Origin: a virus
Lineage: Duplodnaviria > Caudoviricetes
IMG/VR virus record: IMGVR_UViG_3300044815_000135
Span: 1-63,072 of that record
Length of the DNA: 63,072 bases
Reading direction: 5' to 3' (one strand)
In this document: positions 28,582 to 38,610 of the stretch, in pieces
Layout of the letters: each line of letters starts with the position of its first letter
Position numbering within the stretch: position 1 is the stretch's first letter
Notes under the pieces: model-generated
Told to the model about the DNA's origin: nothing
What the model saw: the letters and a program-made list of their open reading frames with translations, nothing else
Databases searched by the model: none
Made by a program: the position numbers and the translations under genes

Positions 28582-30111
28582 TCAATCACCGAGTGATTGC
28601 CCGAGTCTTAGTAATCTTTCTGGACTTTGGATCATTTTTTTACCAATGTCTCCATCCTCCATCAGCGTTTCATACATAAGAAAATCTACAGTACCCGCTG
28701 CGAGGTAGAATTCGTGAAACGTGGGTTTTTCACTAAGGGCAATTCGATCAGAAAATTGGCGGAAATTGACCCAGCTTGATGGGAGACTGTACCATTGCAA
28801 GATGCTCGCTGCACTGAGATCAATAGCCTCACCCGCCGCGGCAGGCTGTCCAATAAAGATAGCGCCGCCTGATACCTTGCTAAACTGCTTAGGTATCGGC
28901 GCACGATCTGTTTGCTTAACTCCACCATGGATAGCAAACGTTGGTACTCCAAGTCGTTTACCGACCTCAATAAGTCGTTGGATATCGGATTTGAATAACG
29001 CACCTATGACCACCTTTTCATCTGCTTCCATAAGATCCTCGAGTCGATCCTCGATTGCTCTTAGCTTTTCTGCACCAATTACTACCAAACGACCACTAGG
29101 ATATTGCAGAGTTGGGGAAGTTTTACTAATACCGGAAGTTATCTGTTGGAGCCTAAGCCTTTGAACAAGTCGTATACTGGCTTCAGTAATCTCCCCAGTA
29201 TGTATCCTAGCAACCATGTCCTCCGCCATTGCGTCATAGAGCTCGGCGGACTCTTCAAGAGGGACGGGAATAATCTGCGGGGTGATGGGCGGTAAGTCAT
29301 AACATTCCTCTCTAGTAATACTGAAGGAGTCAAGGTGAATCTTAGCATGTAAGTTTTTCTCATTACGACTACCTAGCCACTTTGAATACTTATCCATTGG
29401 CAGCCAACGACCATACTTGTGCTTAAACTCATTGAAGTTCATGCCGGCAAATCGACCGGGATTCAAGAATTTCCATTGGCTATAAATATCGAATAGTCTC
29501 TTACTCTTTGTTACTACGGTACCAGTCATGATAATTCGGTAATCCGCAATAGGTCCAAGGGAATGAAGAGCTGTAGCTTTCTTAGCACTAGGAGATTTAA
29601 TACGATGGCTTTCATCAAGAACTATTAACTGAGGTTGCCATTTCTTGATTTTGTTCTTGAGCTCATAACGACCCCCACGGGTGCTCGATCGTAATTTGTT
29701 GCCATGTTGATCAGTAACTACCTTACCACTCTTGCGATCAATACGGTATCGCCCTGGTGTGGAAAAGGCATCATAATTTACTAGAACAATGTCAAGAATA
29801 TCTTTACCATATGTTGGTAGATCTTGTTCTTTTCTTCCCTTACGATCCCAAATTGTAAGTCTATATGGATAAGGCATGTTATCCTTAAGCTGTTCTTTCC
29901 ACACCTCGATTGCCACAACTGGGCCAACTATGACTATCCGGTTAACTCCAAAGAATTGGTGCAGAATGGCACTATAGTCAACTACAACCTTTGTCTTTCC
30001 AGTTCGGGGTTCCATCAGCAAGGCTCCCCCCCAGCCAGTACTGAGAAGTTTCTTGAGAGCTGCTACCTGATGTTTATAGGGACGCTTTTTGAAACGATAC
30101 TTTTGACTCAC
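28582..30111 (-). CDS. SNF2-like SF2 DNA helicase
   Basis: EPRTGKT, DESH, MTGT, QITSG, RQFSDR. Confidence 0.9.
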   Translation of the reverse strand: MSQKYRFKKRPYKHQVAALKKLLSTGWGGALLMEPRTGKTKVVVDYSAILHQFFGVNRIVIVGPVVAIEVWKEQLKDNMPYPYRLTIWDRKGRKEQDLPTYGKDILDIVLVNYDAFSTPGRYRIDRKSGKVVTDQHGNKLRSSTRGGRYELKNKIKKWQPQLIVLDESHRIKSPSAKKATALHSLGPIADYRIIMTGTVVTKSKRLFDIYSQWKFLNPGRFAGMNFNEFKHKYGRWLPMDKYSKWLGSRNEKNLHAKIHLDSFSITREECYDLPPITPQIIPVPLEESAELYDAMAEDMVARIHTGEITEASIRLVQRLRLQQITSGISKTSPTLQYPSGRLVVIGAEKLRAIEDRLEDLMEADEKVVIGALFKSDIQRLIEVGKRLGVPTFAIHGGVKQTDRAPIPKQFSKVSGGAIFIGQPAAAGEAIDLSAASILQWYSLPSSWVNFRQFSDRIALSEKPTFHEFYLAAGTVDFLMYETLMEDGDIGKKMIQSPERLLRLGQSLGD

Positions 30112-30488
30112 ATTGGCCCATCTTTGTGGAAATGAATATGTTCGGTAGTATAATTACCATCTCTATCTTGGTAAGCATAACAACCTGGACGTTTGTTTTC
30201 AATGTTCCATTTATCCACTTTTTCATCATCCCAAGTATGAGGAGTTTCAGGAGTTGAATAAGCCATAAGAGTCCAAGTACAAAGTTCACCAATCTCATGT
30301 TCAACCAGGTCAGGTCGGCAGTCACTAAGCCAATGACGTTTACGATTACCCCTCTCATCAAAATCATGTTCATAACCCTCTCGAACATAAGTTCCGCAAA
30401 AATGACATTGATGGGTTGTATCTTCTTTAACCATGTTTGGGCCAGAAATATCCTTCGGCGGGTTCTTCACTCCATCCAAATTTGCCAT
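30108..30488 (-). CDS. hypothetical Cys/His protein
   Basis: CHFC, operon packing. Confidence 0.55.
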   Translation of the reverse strand: MANLDGVKNPPKDISGPNMVKEDTTHQCHFCGTYVREGYEHDFDERGNRKRHWLSDCRPDLVEHEIGELCTWTLMAYSTPETPHTWDDEKVDKWNIENKRPGCYAYQDRDGNYTTEHIHFHKDGPM

Positions 30489-30891
30489 AATGATCGGGAT
30501 CCTTTCTTAATAAGTTAGCTCGGTGGGGGGAGTGGAATTTCTTTAACCCCAGCCATCGAGGATCATCGATAATTTGAAACCCCGGTTGGGCTAATAACAA
30601 GTCAGCAGTTTTTTCTAAACAAGTGTCATTAAAACCTCGTCTAATCCATTCTCCGCACATTGCTTCTTGGTATCTTAAAAGACTATGTTCAAACCCTTTC
30701 CACATTAGGGTAGCGGGATGATTAGCCCAAGGAATAGCCCCCCCCTTGATGTCATTATGACCTTGTAAACGGATAAGAGCATGCATAATTTGCATGATTT
30801 CCACTCGTTGTTTACCAAGTCTTTTATCATCAAGTACTCTCGCACTTGATTCAAAACTCTTATATGGTAGAAATGTTTGAATTAGTCTCAC
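30427..30891 (-). CDS. pyrimidine-dimer DNA glycosylase-like (MSMEG_6728 family) protein
   Basis: QTFLPY..F..SA..LD.KRLGKQRVE, HPA..MW.G, HRANLLRKDP..Y. Confidence 0.85.
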   Translation of the reverse strand: MRLIQTFLPYKSFESSARVLDDKRLGKQRVEIMQIMHALIRLQGHNDIKGGAIPWANHPATLMWKGFEHSLLRYQEAMCGEWIRRGFNDTCLEKTADLLLAQPGFQIIDDPRWLGLKKFHSPHRANLLRKDPDHYGKFGWSEEPAEGYFWPKHG

Positions 30892-31352
30892 CTCGGGAAA
30901 TTAAGAGAGGCATTATGGCCCCAGTAATAGCTTGCAGCATCATCATATGCCTTAGCGGCATCTTCAGCAAGGACCCATCGCCCTAACTCGATCAACTGTC
31001 CTGCTACGCGAATTCTTGCAACAAATTTGGCAGTTGGATGTCTTTGACTAACCCCCTTATATCCTGAGGTATTGTTTTTGAAGTCATTTCTATTTTGTTG
31101 ATTTTGTGCTCTAGTCGATGGTCTAAGGTTTGATCGTTGATTATTGAGGGGATATCGATCAATGTGGTCCACCTCTTCATCATCGACGAGCCCTAAAACC
31201 ATCCGACCCATTTCTACTCGACCTCTACCGGGAATTGTAGCTCGACATCTATTACCTAAGAAAAGATACCAGCTATAATGTTTTAGATCTTCATAGATAT
31301 CATCATCTACTAAAGTTACTAAATCACTATTTTCCAATCCGATGTGTTGCAT
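30888..31352 (-). mobile_element. HNH homing endonuclease with AP2 domain
   Basis: VDHIDR.PLNN.RSNLR..T..QN; NTSGYKGVS...LG....EDAA.AYD.AA. Confidence 0.9.
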
Positions 31353-31364
31353 CTATTTACCTTA

Positions 31365-31777
31365 TCAGTTGGGTTTCTTCTTAGCAATTCGTTCAGGTAG
31401 AGTTATCAACGACAGTCCTATAGCATGCCTGATATATGATCTTGGTCTTACTTGAGGGATATAGTAATCCACACCCTCAAAGGTGTTGGGATCAATGATT
31501 TGATCTGGGGTTAATATATTGGTTAGTTGGTGATCCCCCAGACGAGGTTTATTACAAGTTGTACAAAGCCACCAACCAAATTTAGATCCTCTGGTGAATC
31601 GGTCTTTTATTTTCTCTCCCCTAGTGGGAGCACATTGACAAGAGGAACCTGGACGAGCAAATAAACCTACCACCCGAAAAAGCTTTCCTGATCGAGTCGC
31701 TTTATTTATTTGCTCGCGCAAGCTAGTTGCAGATGTTTCATCATCAAACTCTATAAGAAGATACCGAGAAACCATCA
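31365..31777 (-). CDS. Zn-binding hypothetical protein
   Basis: CQC...CTTC; start uncertain. Confidence 0.55.
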
Positions 31778-31937
31778 TTACCACTTCCTGGCATATTTGC
31801 AAGAGGCTTTTTGACATGCCCAGATCCCAACGCCATCTGCCGCTTGTATCAAAAGTCTCCCACATTCTGGACATTTGAACATTAGAACTCCTTAAAATGT
31901 CATTTAATCGGTATACTTGAATTCTATCAGAAGATAT

Positions 31938-32186
31938 CTACTGGGCATCCCACTTGTCCTTTAGAAATTCCTTAGCAGTACAATCTGAATTTTCCCATCC
32001 ATCTAACCAAGCATGGGCTCGAGGGCTAGAGGGAGAAAGTTTTTGCTTATGACAATAGGCATCAAAATAAGTATCTACGTCAGGGTCATTAGCTGAAACA
32101 ATGTCATATTCATTAGCCCCAGCATTGAAGGCCTTTTCATAACTACTGGCAGTTAAACCTCGTCGAATATCAGTCATAGTCGGCAT
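31938..32186 (-). CDS. hypothetical protein
   Basis: AAGGAG RBS; promoter TTGACG-17-TAGCAT. Confidence 0.6.
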   Translation of the reverse strand: MPTMTDIRRGLTASSYEKAFNAGANEYDIVSANDPDVDTYFDAYCHKQKLSPSSPRAHAWLDGWENSDCTAKEFLKDKWDAQ

Positions 32187-32327
32187 ATGGAACTCCTTGG
32201 GAATGTGATCAAGTTATATACTTCAATGCTATATGATGAGCAGCACCCCGTCAATAGCCTCCTTCTCAACCTTGACAGCAAGATATGCTAGCATTATAGT
32301 AGTACTTGCTGCTCAACGAGCAAACAT

Positions 32328-32801
32328 ATGAAACCAACTGGAAAGAAGAACACAATGGCAAAGCCTGCCCCAACTAAGAAGGCAGCGGCCAAGCCTGCTG
32401 CTAAGCCGGCGCCTAAGGCTGCTCCTGCTGAGGAGTCTGTCTTCGGTGTTTCTGACATCGTCGAAATCATCAAGGTTCGCACGGGTAAGGAAACTAAGAC
32501 CCGCGATCTGCGTACTCTGCTTCGCAAGATGGCTCGGGATGGTCGACTTGACCGCGAGATCGTTGCGGGTAACCGCGAACGCTGGACCTGGACTGGTCCA
32601 GACGACCCCGAGGTAGAGACGATCATCGAGGCCTTCGAGAATGGTGAGCTCGACGCAGATAAGAAGGAGAAGCTCGACGCTCTCAAGGCTCGAAAGGCCA
32701 AGCAGCGGGCTGACAAGAAGGCTGAAGAGGCCGCCGAAGATGAGGCTGATGAGGACGAAGAGTCTGAGGATGCTGACGACGAGGACCTTGACGAGGAGTA
32801 A
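32328..32801 (+). CDS. DNA-binding protein with Lys/Ala/Pro-rich N-terminus, HTH-like core and acidic tail
   Basis: Promoter TTGACA-17-TATAGT at 32273; GC-rich codons; followed by hairpin. Confidence 0.7.
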   Translation: MKPTGKKNTMAKPAPTKKAAAKPAAKPAPKAAPAEESVFGVSDIVEIIKVRTGKETKTRDLRTLLRKMARDGRLDREIVAGNRERWTWTGPDDPEVETIIEAFENGELDADKKEKLDALKARKAKQRADKKAEEAAEDEADEDEESEDADDEDLDEE

Positions 32802-32990
32802 ATTCCTCTGCAATAACTCTTTGCCCTGCCCCGATTCTTCTAAGCAATTAATCGGTGCGGGGCAGAGTTGTAGATAGTAACACTATAATCGCCCAATAAC
32901 CTGATATGACCAATCATGCGAGTCATATGGTATTGGGCGATTAGAGAAGAGCTCAGAGATTGCTGAATAGCAACTCATTATGACAATCAA

Positions 32991-33167
32991 CTAATTACCA
33001 ATAACAGCTTGAGCTTCTTTTTCTGTAAGGCCTAAAGCCATAAGTTTGGCTTTTCCAGCTTCTTTAGCCTTATGTTGAAAGGCTGGGGGATCAATAGGCT
33101 CAGTGGGAACTGGATTAATAAAAATGGGAACAACTGAATTTTCCGGAGTAACTTCTTCTAGATTCAT
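32991..33167 (-). CDS. small tail-associated protein (58 aa; not in ORF track)
   Basis: ATGA-coupled to tail gene; KLMALGLTEKEAQA motif. Confidence 0.6.
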   Translation of the reverse strand: MNLEEVTPENSVVPIFINPVPTEPIDPPAFQHKAKEAGKAKLMALGLTEKEAQAVIGN

Positions 33168-35509
33168 GATACTTTTACCACTTTCATTGTGCCACTCATT
33201 GTTCCAGCTAAGGCTATAAGAGAAAGCCCATCACAACCCCCAGAACCTTGTCCATATTCAGACCATTTAAAACGATCACTAGCTGCAGATAAAGCCTCAG
33301 TTAGACATTGAGCAATTGAACCAGTTTTCATAGGAGTAAATACTGTAATTCTGGCACTAATGTTTGGAATAGCAGTGGTAAATGGGAATAAGTATGAGAA
33401 TTCAGATGTACCAGTTGCAGTAGATCGAGTAGGTCCAGCCGCAAGTTGAGTTGTTTCACCTACCCGGTTATAACTAGTACCACTAATATTTAGTCCTCCC
33501 TGTCGAAGACGTAGGAATTGATAATTAGCTACTGAACCAACACTATTAATAAAAACATCATAAGTATCTCCACCTAAACCATTAAAGATGTTATTAAGAG
33601 AAACACTAGAGCACCCATTAAACAAGATAAGACCATCTGAAGCTACTGAGGCAGTTCCAGAACCAAGATCAACAGATGAAGGAAGAACACCTTGTAATGA
33701 AGTAATACTAGCAGGAATTCCTAAAATGGTTTGCTTAGGAGATGTCTCGGTAAATCTATCAGCAATTTGAAGGGTTTGACCCCGATTGGCATTTTTAACA
33801 ATACCCCCCAGAGATCCCTTATCTACTCGAGCTAACCATTGAGCTAATCTATCATTAGTATCTTGAAACATGGTATCAAATTCAGCTGTATAAATAACTC
33901 GCCCAGTACTAGCTTCAACCCCAGCAGCTAAACTAACAATTCTTCGAGGTACTAAAGTATCAGTATCATCGGGAGCAAGAACCCAGTCCCCCTCATGGAT
34001 ATCCTTGAATGGTGTGGAACCAGCTATAGGTACGATTTCATAGGTAGCTGAGATTTCTGGAGTATTTTTTTGAGATAAGATAACATCAGCAGTTAATTGA
34101 CTGACTCTTAAGCCATTATTAATACTTAGATACCCCTCAATTCTCCCATAAAGAGCTTGAGAATAAGCCATGTTATCTTCAGCTTCAAACCAACCCTCAT
34201 TACTTTTTACTAAGAGCATATTTTTAATTGCTGAAACATTCTGTTGAGAGGCAGATAGTAAGTTTTTACCTCGTTCAAATGTCTTAGCACTAGGAGATCC
34301 TTTGATAGAGTAATCTTGACCTCTTGAAGGTACAATGTTAAAAGTATATAGATCCGGATCAATCCAAGCTTCAAAGCCTACTTCTTCTATTGATTCAAGA
34401 ATAGCTAGGTAATTAGTGCCTAGTTCCCAACTCCAATCTAGAGAATCAGGCCAGGCATCTCCATTACTATCAGTTGTTGAAGTAAAGGTGGGGATTACCC
34501 AATGGGCAAACCATACCCCTCTATCTTGGGCTTCCGATAGAAGCTTAATCAATATTTCCCCAACACTCCAGCCGGGAGCTTTATCGGGATAAGCATTTAC
34601 TAACCAGGAGATACCATCACCAGTATAGTTTAATAAAGTTCCAGCAGCTTCAGCTGTAGCTCCAGCTTTAAATACTGAAGCAATAAACCCTGCTTTACCA
34701 GCCGTATTTAATACTCTAGCTGCAATAACATGCTTACCAACAGAAAGATGAAAGTCGGATCGCCAAGTCTTTGTATCTGGATTTATACCCTCACTTTGAA
34801 TAAGAATACCACCATCAACAAATACCTGAAATTCATCATTTCCCGAAGCATAAATGGTGTAGTCACCTTCACCCTCAGCTTCTGTAACAATCAGTTCTGA
34901 TCTAAAGTAATTAATACCTTCAGCAGCATAATTAGTATCAGTGTTGTAAGTACCCCATACCCACCAGGCACCAGTTGAAGTGGGCCATTCTGAAGGATAA
35001 GTACTCCAAGTCCCAGTATTGATAGTTGAAGTTTGAGCTTGTATTTTAGTGGGAGCTACCCATTTGGTAGAATCATACCAATCTCCCTTTTCTGAAGCAA
35101 AATTAAAGACCCTATTGGTATTAATACCGGATTGTAAACCTACTGAGGGGTAAAGAATGGCATCTGGTAACCAAGCCCCTTTTAGTCCCACACCCGCAAA
35201 GGTGAAGGTTTCGGCCTTAGTTTCTCCAACTTGAATAAAACTAGGAGCTTTTTGATCTATAACAAAAGCTCCTACAATAGTTCCATCAATTCTACATTTA
35301 GCGATAACTCTGGAGGCAAACCATTCTGGGTTATTGACAAGTTTATTATTGACCCGGTTAACCTTAAAGGAACCTCCTCCATTACCCAGATCAGAAAGAA
35401 ATTGAGGTTCTAAAAATTGGGAGAAGATACCCATCTTATTAGTGGGATCATCAGCAGGATATAATTCAATATCCATGTAATCATTTATTACTTTAGTCAT
35501 TAGAACCAC
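33164..35509 (-). CDS. minor tail protein (Tal/hub with carbohydrate-binding insertion)
   Basis: Follows Dit; beta-rich; galactose-binding-like insert (YFR...ND.F.VFVDG...G.H.IA). Confidence 0.8.
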   Translation of the reverse strand: MVLMTKVINDYMDIELYPADDPTNKMGIFSQFLEPQFLSDLGNGGGSFKVNRVNNKLVNNPEWFASRVIAKCRIDGTIVGAFVIDQKAPSFIQVGETKAETFTFAGVGLKGAWLPDAILYPSVGLQSGINTNRVFNFASEKGDWYDSTKWVAPTKIQAQTSTINTGTWSTYPSEWPTSTGAWWVWGTYNTDTNYAAEGINYFRSELIVTEAEGEGDYTIYASGNDEFQVFVDGGILIQSEGINPDTKTWRSDFHLSVGKHVIAARVLNTAGKAGFIASVFKAGATAEAAGTLLNYTGDGISWLVNAYPDKAPGWSVGEILIKLLSEAQDRGVWFAHWVIPTFTSTTDSNGDAWPDSLDWSWELGTNYLAILESIEEVGFEAWIDPDLYTFNIVPSRGQDYSIKGSPSAKTFERGKNLLSASQQNVSAIKNMLLVKSNEGWFEAEDNMAYSQALYGRIEGYLSINNGLRVSQLTADVILSQKNTPEISATYEIVPIAGSTPFKDIHEGDWVLAPDDTDTLVPRRIVSLAAGVEASTGRVIYTAEFDTMFQDTNDRLAQWLARVDKGSLGGIVKNANRGQTLQIADRFTETSPKQTILGIPASITSLQGVLPSSVDLGSGTASVASDGLILFNGCSSVSLNNIFNGLGGDTYDVFINSVGSVANYQFLRLRQGGLNISGTSYNRVGETTQLAAGPTRSTATGTSEFSYLFPFTTAIPNISARITVFTPMKTGSIAQCLTEALSAASDRFKWSEYGQGSGGCDGLSLIALAGTMSGTMKVVKVS

Positions 35510-38500
35510 CTTGGCTGATAACGCAAGACAGCAGTGCCATTACCCGCATCTACTCTAAATCTTACTAATTGTTCTCCAGGGTCAAGATAAAGCCAATCAG
35601 AACTTCCCTCATGAGTTACTAATCCACTATCATCGGTAGTAACGGCTGAGACTGTTTTAGTAGCTTCGTAGTTAACTACATCAATATCAGCTGAATCTCC
35701 CCCTAGAATTTTGCCCAAGTATTTTACAGAAACCTCGTTGTTGGCATCAGTAATATTCGCTAAGGAAGGAGCCCATAAGACATCCTCAAATTCCGCAGTA
35801 ATAGCATTAGTTCTAGCATCTCCAATAACTGTGAAAGTATTAGTATCACCTACATCATTAGGGTCCGGAAGCTTAATGACTGATCTACTGTCATAAGCAC
35901 TACCCTCCCAAACATAATCCCTATCTGGGTCAGCCCAAGCAGTGGCTCCATCATAGTAATCTTGAAGAAGCACTCCAGCTGTAACCATGGCTCGATCACC
36001 TACAAGAGAATCCCCCGCTCTTAGTGAAACTTTACTAGTAGCATCCCATGAATGGACTAAACCATCCGATGTAGCCCCTGAATTACCCCAGAACCAATCT
36101 AACAGATCAGAACCCTTGTTAATCATAGGAGCACCTATAGCCCAGAAATCGGAGTTAGCGGCTTGGTAAACCCTAGCATCAGATATTTCTATTTGTACTG
36201 CAGCATAAGCGGCGGTCTCTGGAGCAATAGCAGCTAAATTGAGTCGTTGCCAAGCTAGAGAAAAATGAGGTTCAAGATAAGTAACTTCAGTAGAACCTGA
36301 AGATCCAACTGCAACAAATTTAGTACCACTCCAAACAATTCCCATAGCTGGATTATTAGTTAAAGGAGTAACATCTCGGGAAGTCCATGTAATACCATCA
36401 GGTGATGTACTAAAATCAAAGTTTACTCCATTACTTACTGCCACATATACTCCCACACCATACGCGATACCAGTCCATTGCTCAGCAGCGATAGTTCGTT
36501 GTGTCCATGTAATACCATCAGGTGAGGTCATACATCTATTTGTACCTGAGTTACCAATAGCAATGTATAAACCATTTCCATAAGTAATACCTGTCCAAGT
36601 TACTGCTGCAGCTGCAGTTCTACTTGTCCATGTAATACCATCTGGAGAAGTCATAACCCTGTTTGCCCCAGTATTAGATACCGCTACATATAAGCCATTC
36701 CCATAGGTAACTGCCTGCCAGGCATTAGCGGCCGCTGGGGTTCGTGACGTCCATGTAATACCGTCAGGGGAGGTCATCACTCCAGCATCAGATACTACCA
36801 CAAATAATCCAGCTCCGAAAACAATTCCTCTCATTGGATCACTATAAGCGGCATTCCTAATTGTCCATGTAATACCGTCAGGGGAGGTCATCACTCTTTG
36901 AAGACTTGTTCCTACTGTAGTACTAGAAATGGCTACATATAAACCAGCTCCATAAGCTACCCCAGTCCAGTTATTAGCTAAGGCAGCAGTTCGTGACGTC
37001 CATGTAATACCGTCAGGGGAGGTCATCACTCGGCTAGTACCACTGCCAGCCACTGCCACGAATAAACTATTTCCATAGGTGATGGCGTTCCATTGATTTA
37101 ATGCAGCAGCTGTAGCAGCTGTCCAATGAGAAGCTACTTCTGGGTTAAATGTCATGGTACTAAGAGTACTAGGGAAAACATACCCAGATGAAGTAGTAGA
37201 AATCAATACCCCAGCAGAATCATACCATACAACGTTAATTCTAGCTCCAACGGATTGAAGTCGAGAAGAAGCAATATAACATGAGATCATATATGTGGTA
37301 AGCGGAACAACTATAGCACCTAAAGTGCCAGAAGCAGTAATTCCAGAAGCAATTGTACTAGCATTAGGTCTAGTTGTATACTTTACAATGTGACTGCCCG
37401 ATAAGGTAGCAGGATTGCCATTTGTTGCAAAAGTATCAGTAGAAGCTACAGGAATATCAACTATTGCCCCTCCAGTTCCAGCAGTTAATGTAAAAGGTAA
37501 CCCAGAAGTTGGAATGGTAGGATAAGAGGCAAGAGGAATGGCATTTTTTCTAATTCCCCTCCATTGAGTTCCACTGTTAGAAGCTCGAATAATAATCTTA
37601 GCATGAGTAACAGTAGCTGGTATTGTTAGGGGAGATGAAGATAATCTCTCAAATACCCCCCTGCTTACCACTTTATAGCCACTATCAGCTGTAGCAACTA
37701 AGGCATTACTACTATTGTAGAATCGAATTCTTAAACCTAATACCTGAGAACTAAGGTTTAGAATTTTTCCATACATGGAGAAAACATAGGTTAATCCCTC
37801 AGTAACTGGGATATCGCTAGCAGTAGATCGTCCATAGGCAACTCCCACCAATAAGGCATTCTCATTAGTACCAAGCTGTTCTCCAAGAGTAACTACCTCA
37901 CCATACTGTGTTGGGTCAACCCCAGCAAGAGCAGTACGAGTGGCGGTAGAACCAGAGAATACAGATTCAGGGTCGTAACCTGACCATCCTGTATCATTAG
38001 TTTGAGGACTTGGGTTATGGGGTTGACTATAGTCAGAAGCAACTAAAGTGGGAGCAACTCCAGTAAATTGAATCTCTAGTTGATCCCCATACCAGAAAGG
38101 GTCAGTTAACTTTAGATCTACTGATAAATTGGCCTTAGTTTGTCCATTCATCGTTGGATCAAGACCACTAACATATTGAGCATTAGTAGTAGCAGAGATT
38201 AGAACGTAATCTCCATCTTCATCCATTCCCGTAATATCAATGCCTGCATCAGTAAGTTCTACAGTGGGAATATAGAATCTCTTAGTAATAACAATCTGAC
38301 GTCGAGGGGTCCATAGAAGTCGCTGTAATTTTCTCAGATTCTCATCAAAAGTATGACGTTGAATACTTCCCGCACTAGGAATGGTCCCATCTTCATCTGA
38401 TCCCCTAACCCACATATTCAAAGTCATAATACGGGCGTCTTCCACCTTTTCCAGCCACTCCTGACCAACCTGGTGTGGAATAAGCACATCTTCACCTCGA

Positions 38501-38607
38501 AGGGGAGGTACAGATTTTCTACCTCCCCCTGCACTAGAGATATTGAAAGCTAGAGTATTTAAAGGAACTCCATCAATATCCCAGTACTCATCAGTAGTAA
38601 CAGTCAT
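35500..38607 (-). CDS. evolved distal tail (Dit) protein with CBM and Asp-box propeller inserts
   Basis: Directly after tape measure; Dit-like ends; six SPDGITWT repeats. Confidence 0.8.
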   Translation of the reverse strand: MTVTTDEYWDIDGVPLNTLAFNISSAGGGRKSVPPLRGEDVLIPHQVGQEWLEKVEDARIMTLNMWVRGSDEDGTIPSAGSIQRHTFDENLRKLQRLLWTPRRQIVITKRFYIPTVELTDAGIDITGMDEDGDYVLISATTNAQYVSGLDPTMNGQTKANLSVDLKLTDPFWYGDQLEIQFTGVAPTLVASDYSQPHNPSPQTNDTGWSGYDPESVFSGSTATRTALAGVDPTQYGEVVTLGEQLGTNENALLVGVAYGRSTASDIPVTEGLTYVFSMYGKILNLSSQVLGLRIRFYNSSNALVATADSGYKVVSRGVFERLSSSPLTIPATVTHAKIIIRASNSGTQWRGIRKNAIPLASYPTIPTSGLPFTLTAGTGGAIVDIPVASTDTFATNGNPATLSGSHIVKYTTRPNASTIASGITASGTLGAIVVPLTTYMISCYIASSRLQSVGARINVVWYDSAGVLISTTSSGYVFPSTLSTMTFNPEVASHWTAATAAALNQWNAITYGNSLFVAVAGSGTSRVMTSPDGITWTSRTAALANNWTGVAYGAGLYVAISSTTVGTSLQRVMTSPDGITWTIRNAAYSDPMRGIVFGAGLFVVVSDAGVMTSPDGITWTSRTPAAANAWQAVTYGNGLYVAVSNTGANRVMTSPDGITWTSRTAAAAVTWTGITYGNGLYIAIGNSGTNRCMTSPDGITWTQRTIAAEQWTGIAYGVGVYVAVSNGVNFDFSTSPDGITWTSRDVTPLTNNPAMGIVWSGTKFVAVGSSGSTEVTYLEPHFSLAWQRLNLAAIAPETAAYAAVQIEISDARVYQAANSDFWAIGAPMINKGSDLLDWFWGNSGATSDGLVHSWDATSKVSLRAGDSLVGDRAMVTAGVLLQDYYDGATAWADPDRDYVWEGSAYDSRSVIKLPDPNDVGDTNTFTVIGDARTNAITAEFEDVLWAPSLANITDANNEVSVKYLGKILGGDSADIDVVNYEATKTVSAVTTDDSGLVTHEGSSDWLYLDPGEQLVRFRVDAGNGTAVLRYQPRWF

Positions 38608-38610
38608 TTA

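Noticed and set aside
32294-32813. Minus-strand ORFs 32294-32716 and 32313-32813
   Set aside because: Antisense to the promoter-supported + strand gene
36370-37040. Tail repeats as diversity-generating retroelement TR/VR
   Set aside because: No reverse transcriptase and no adenine-specific differences
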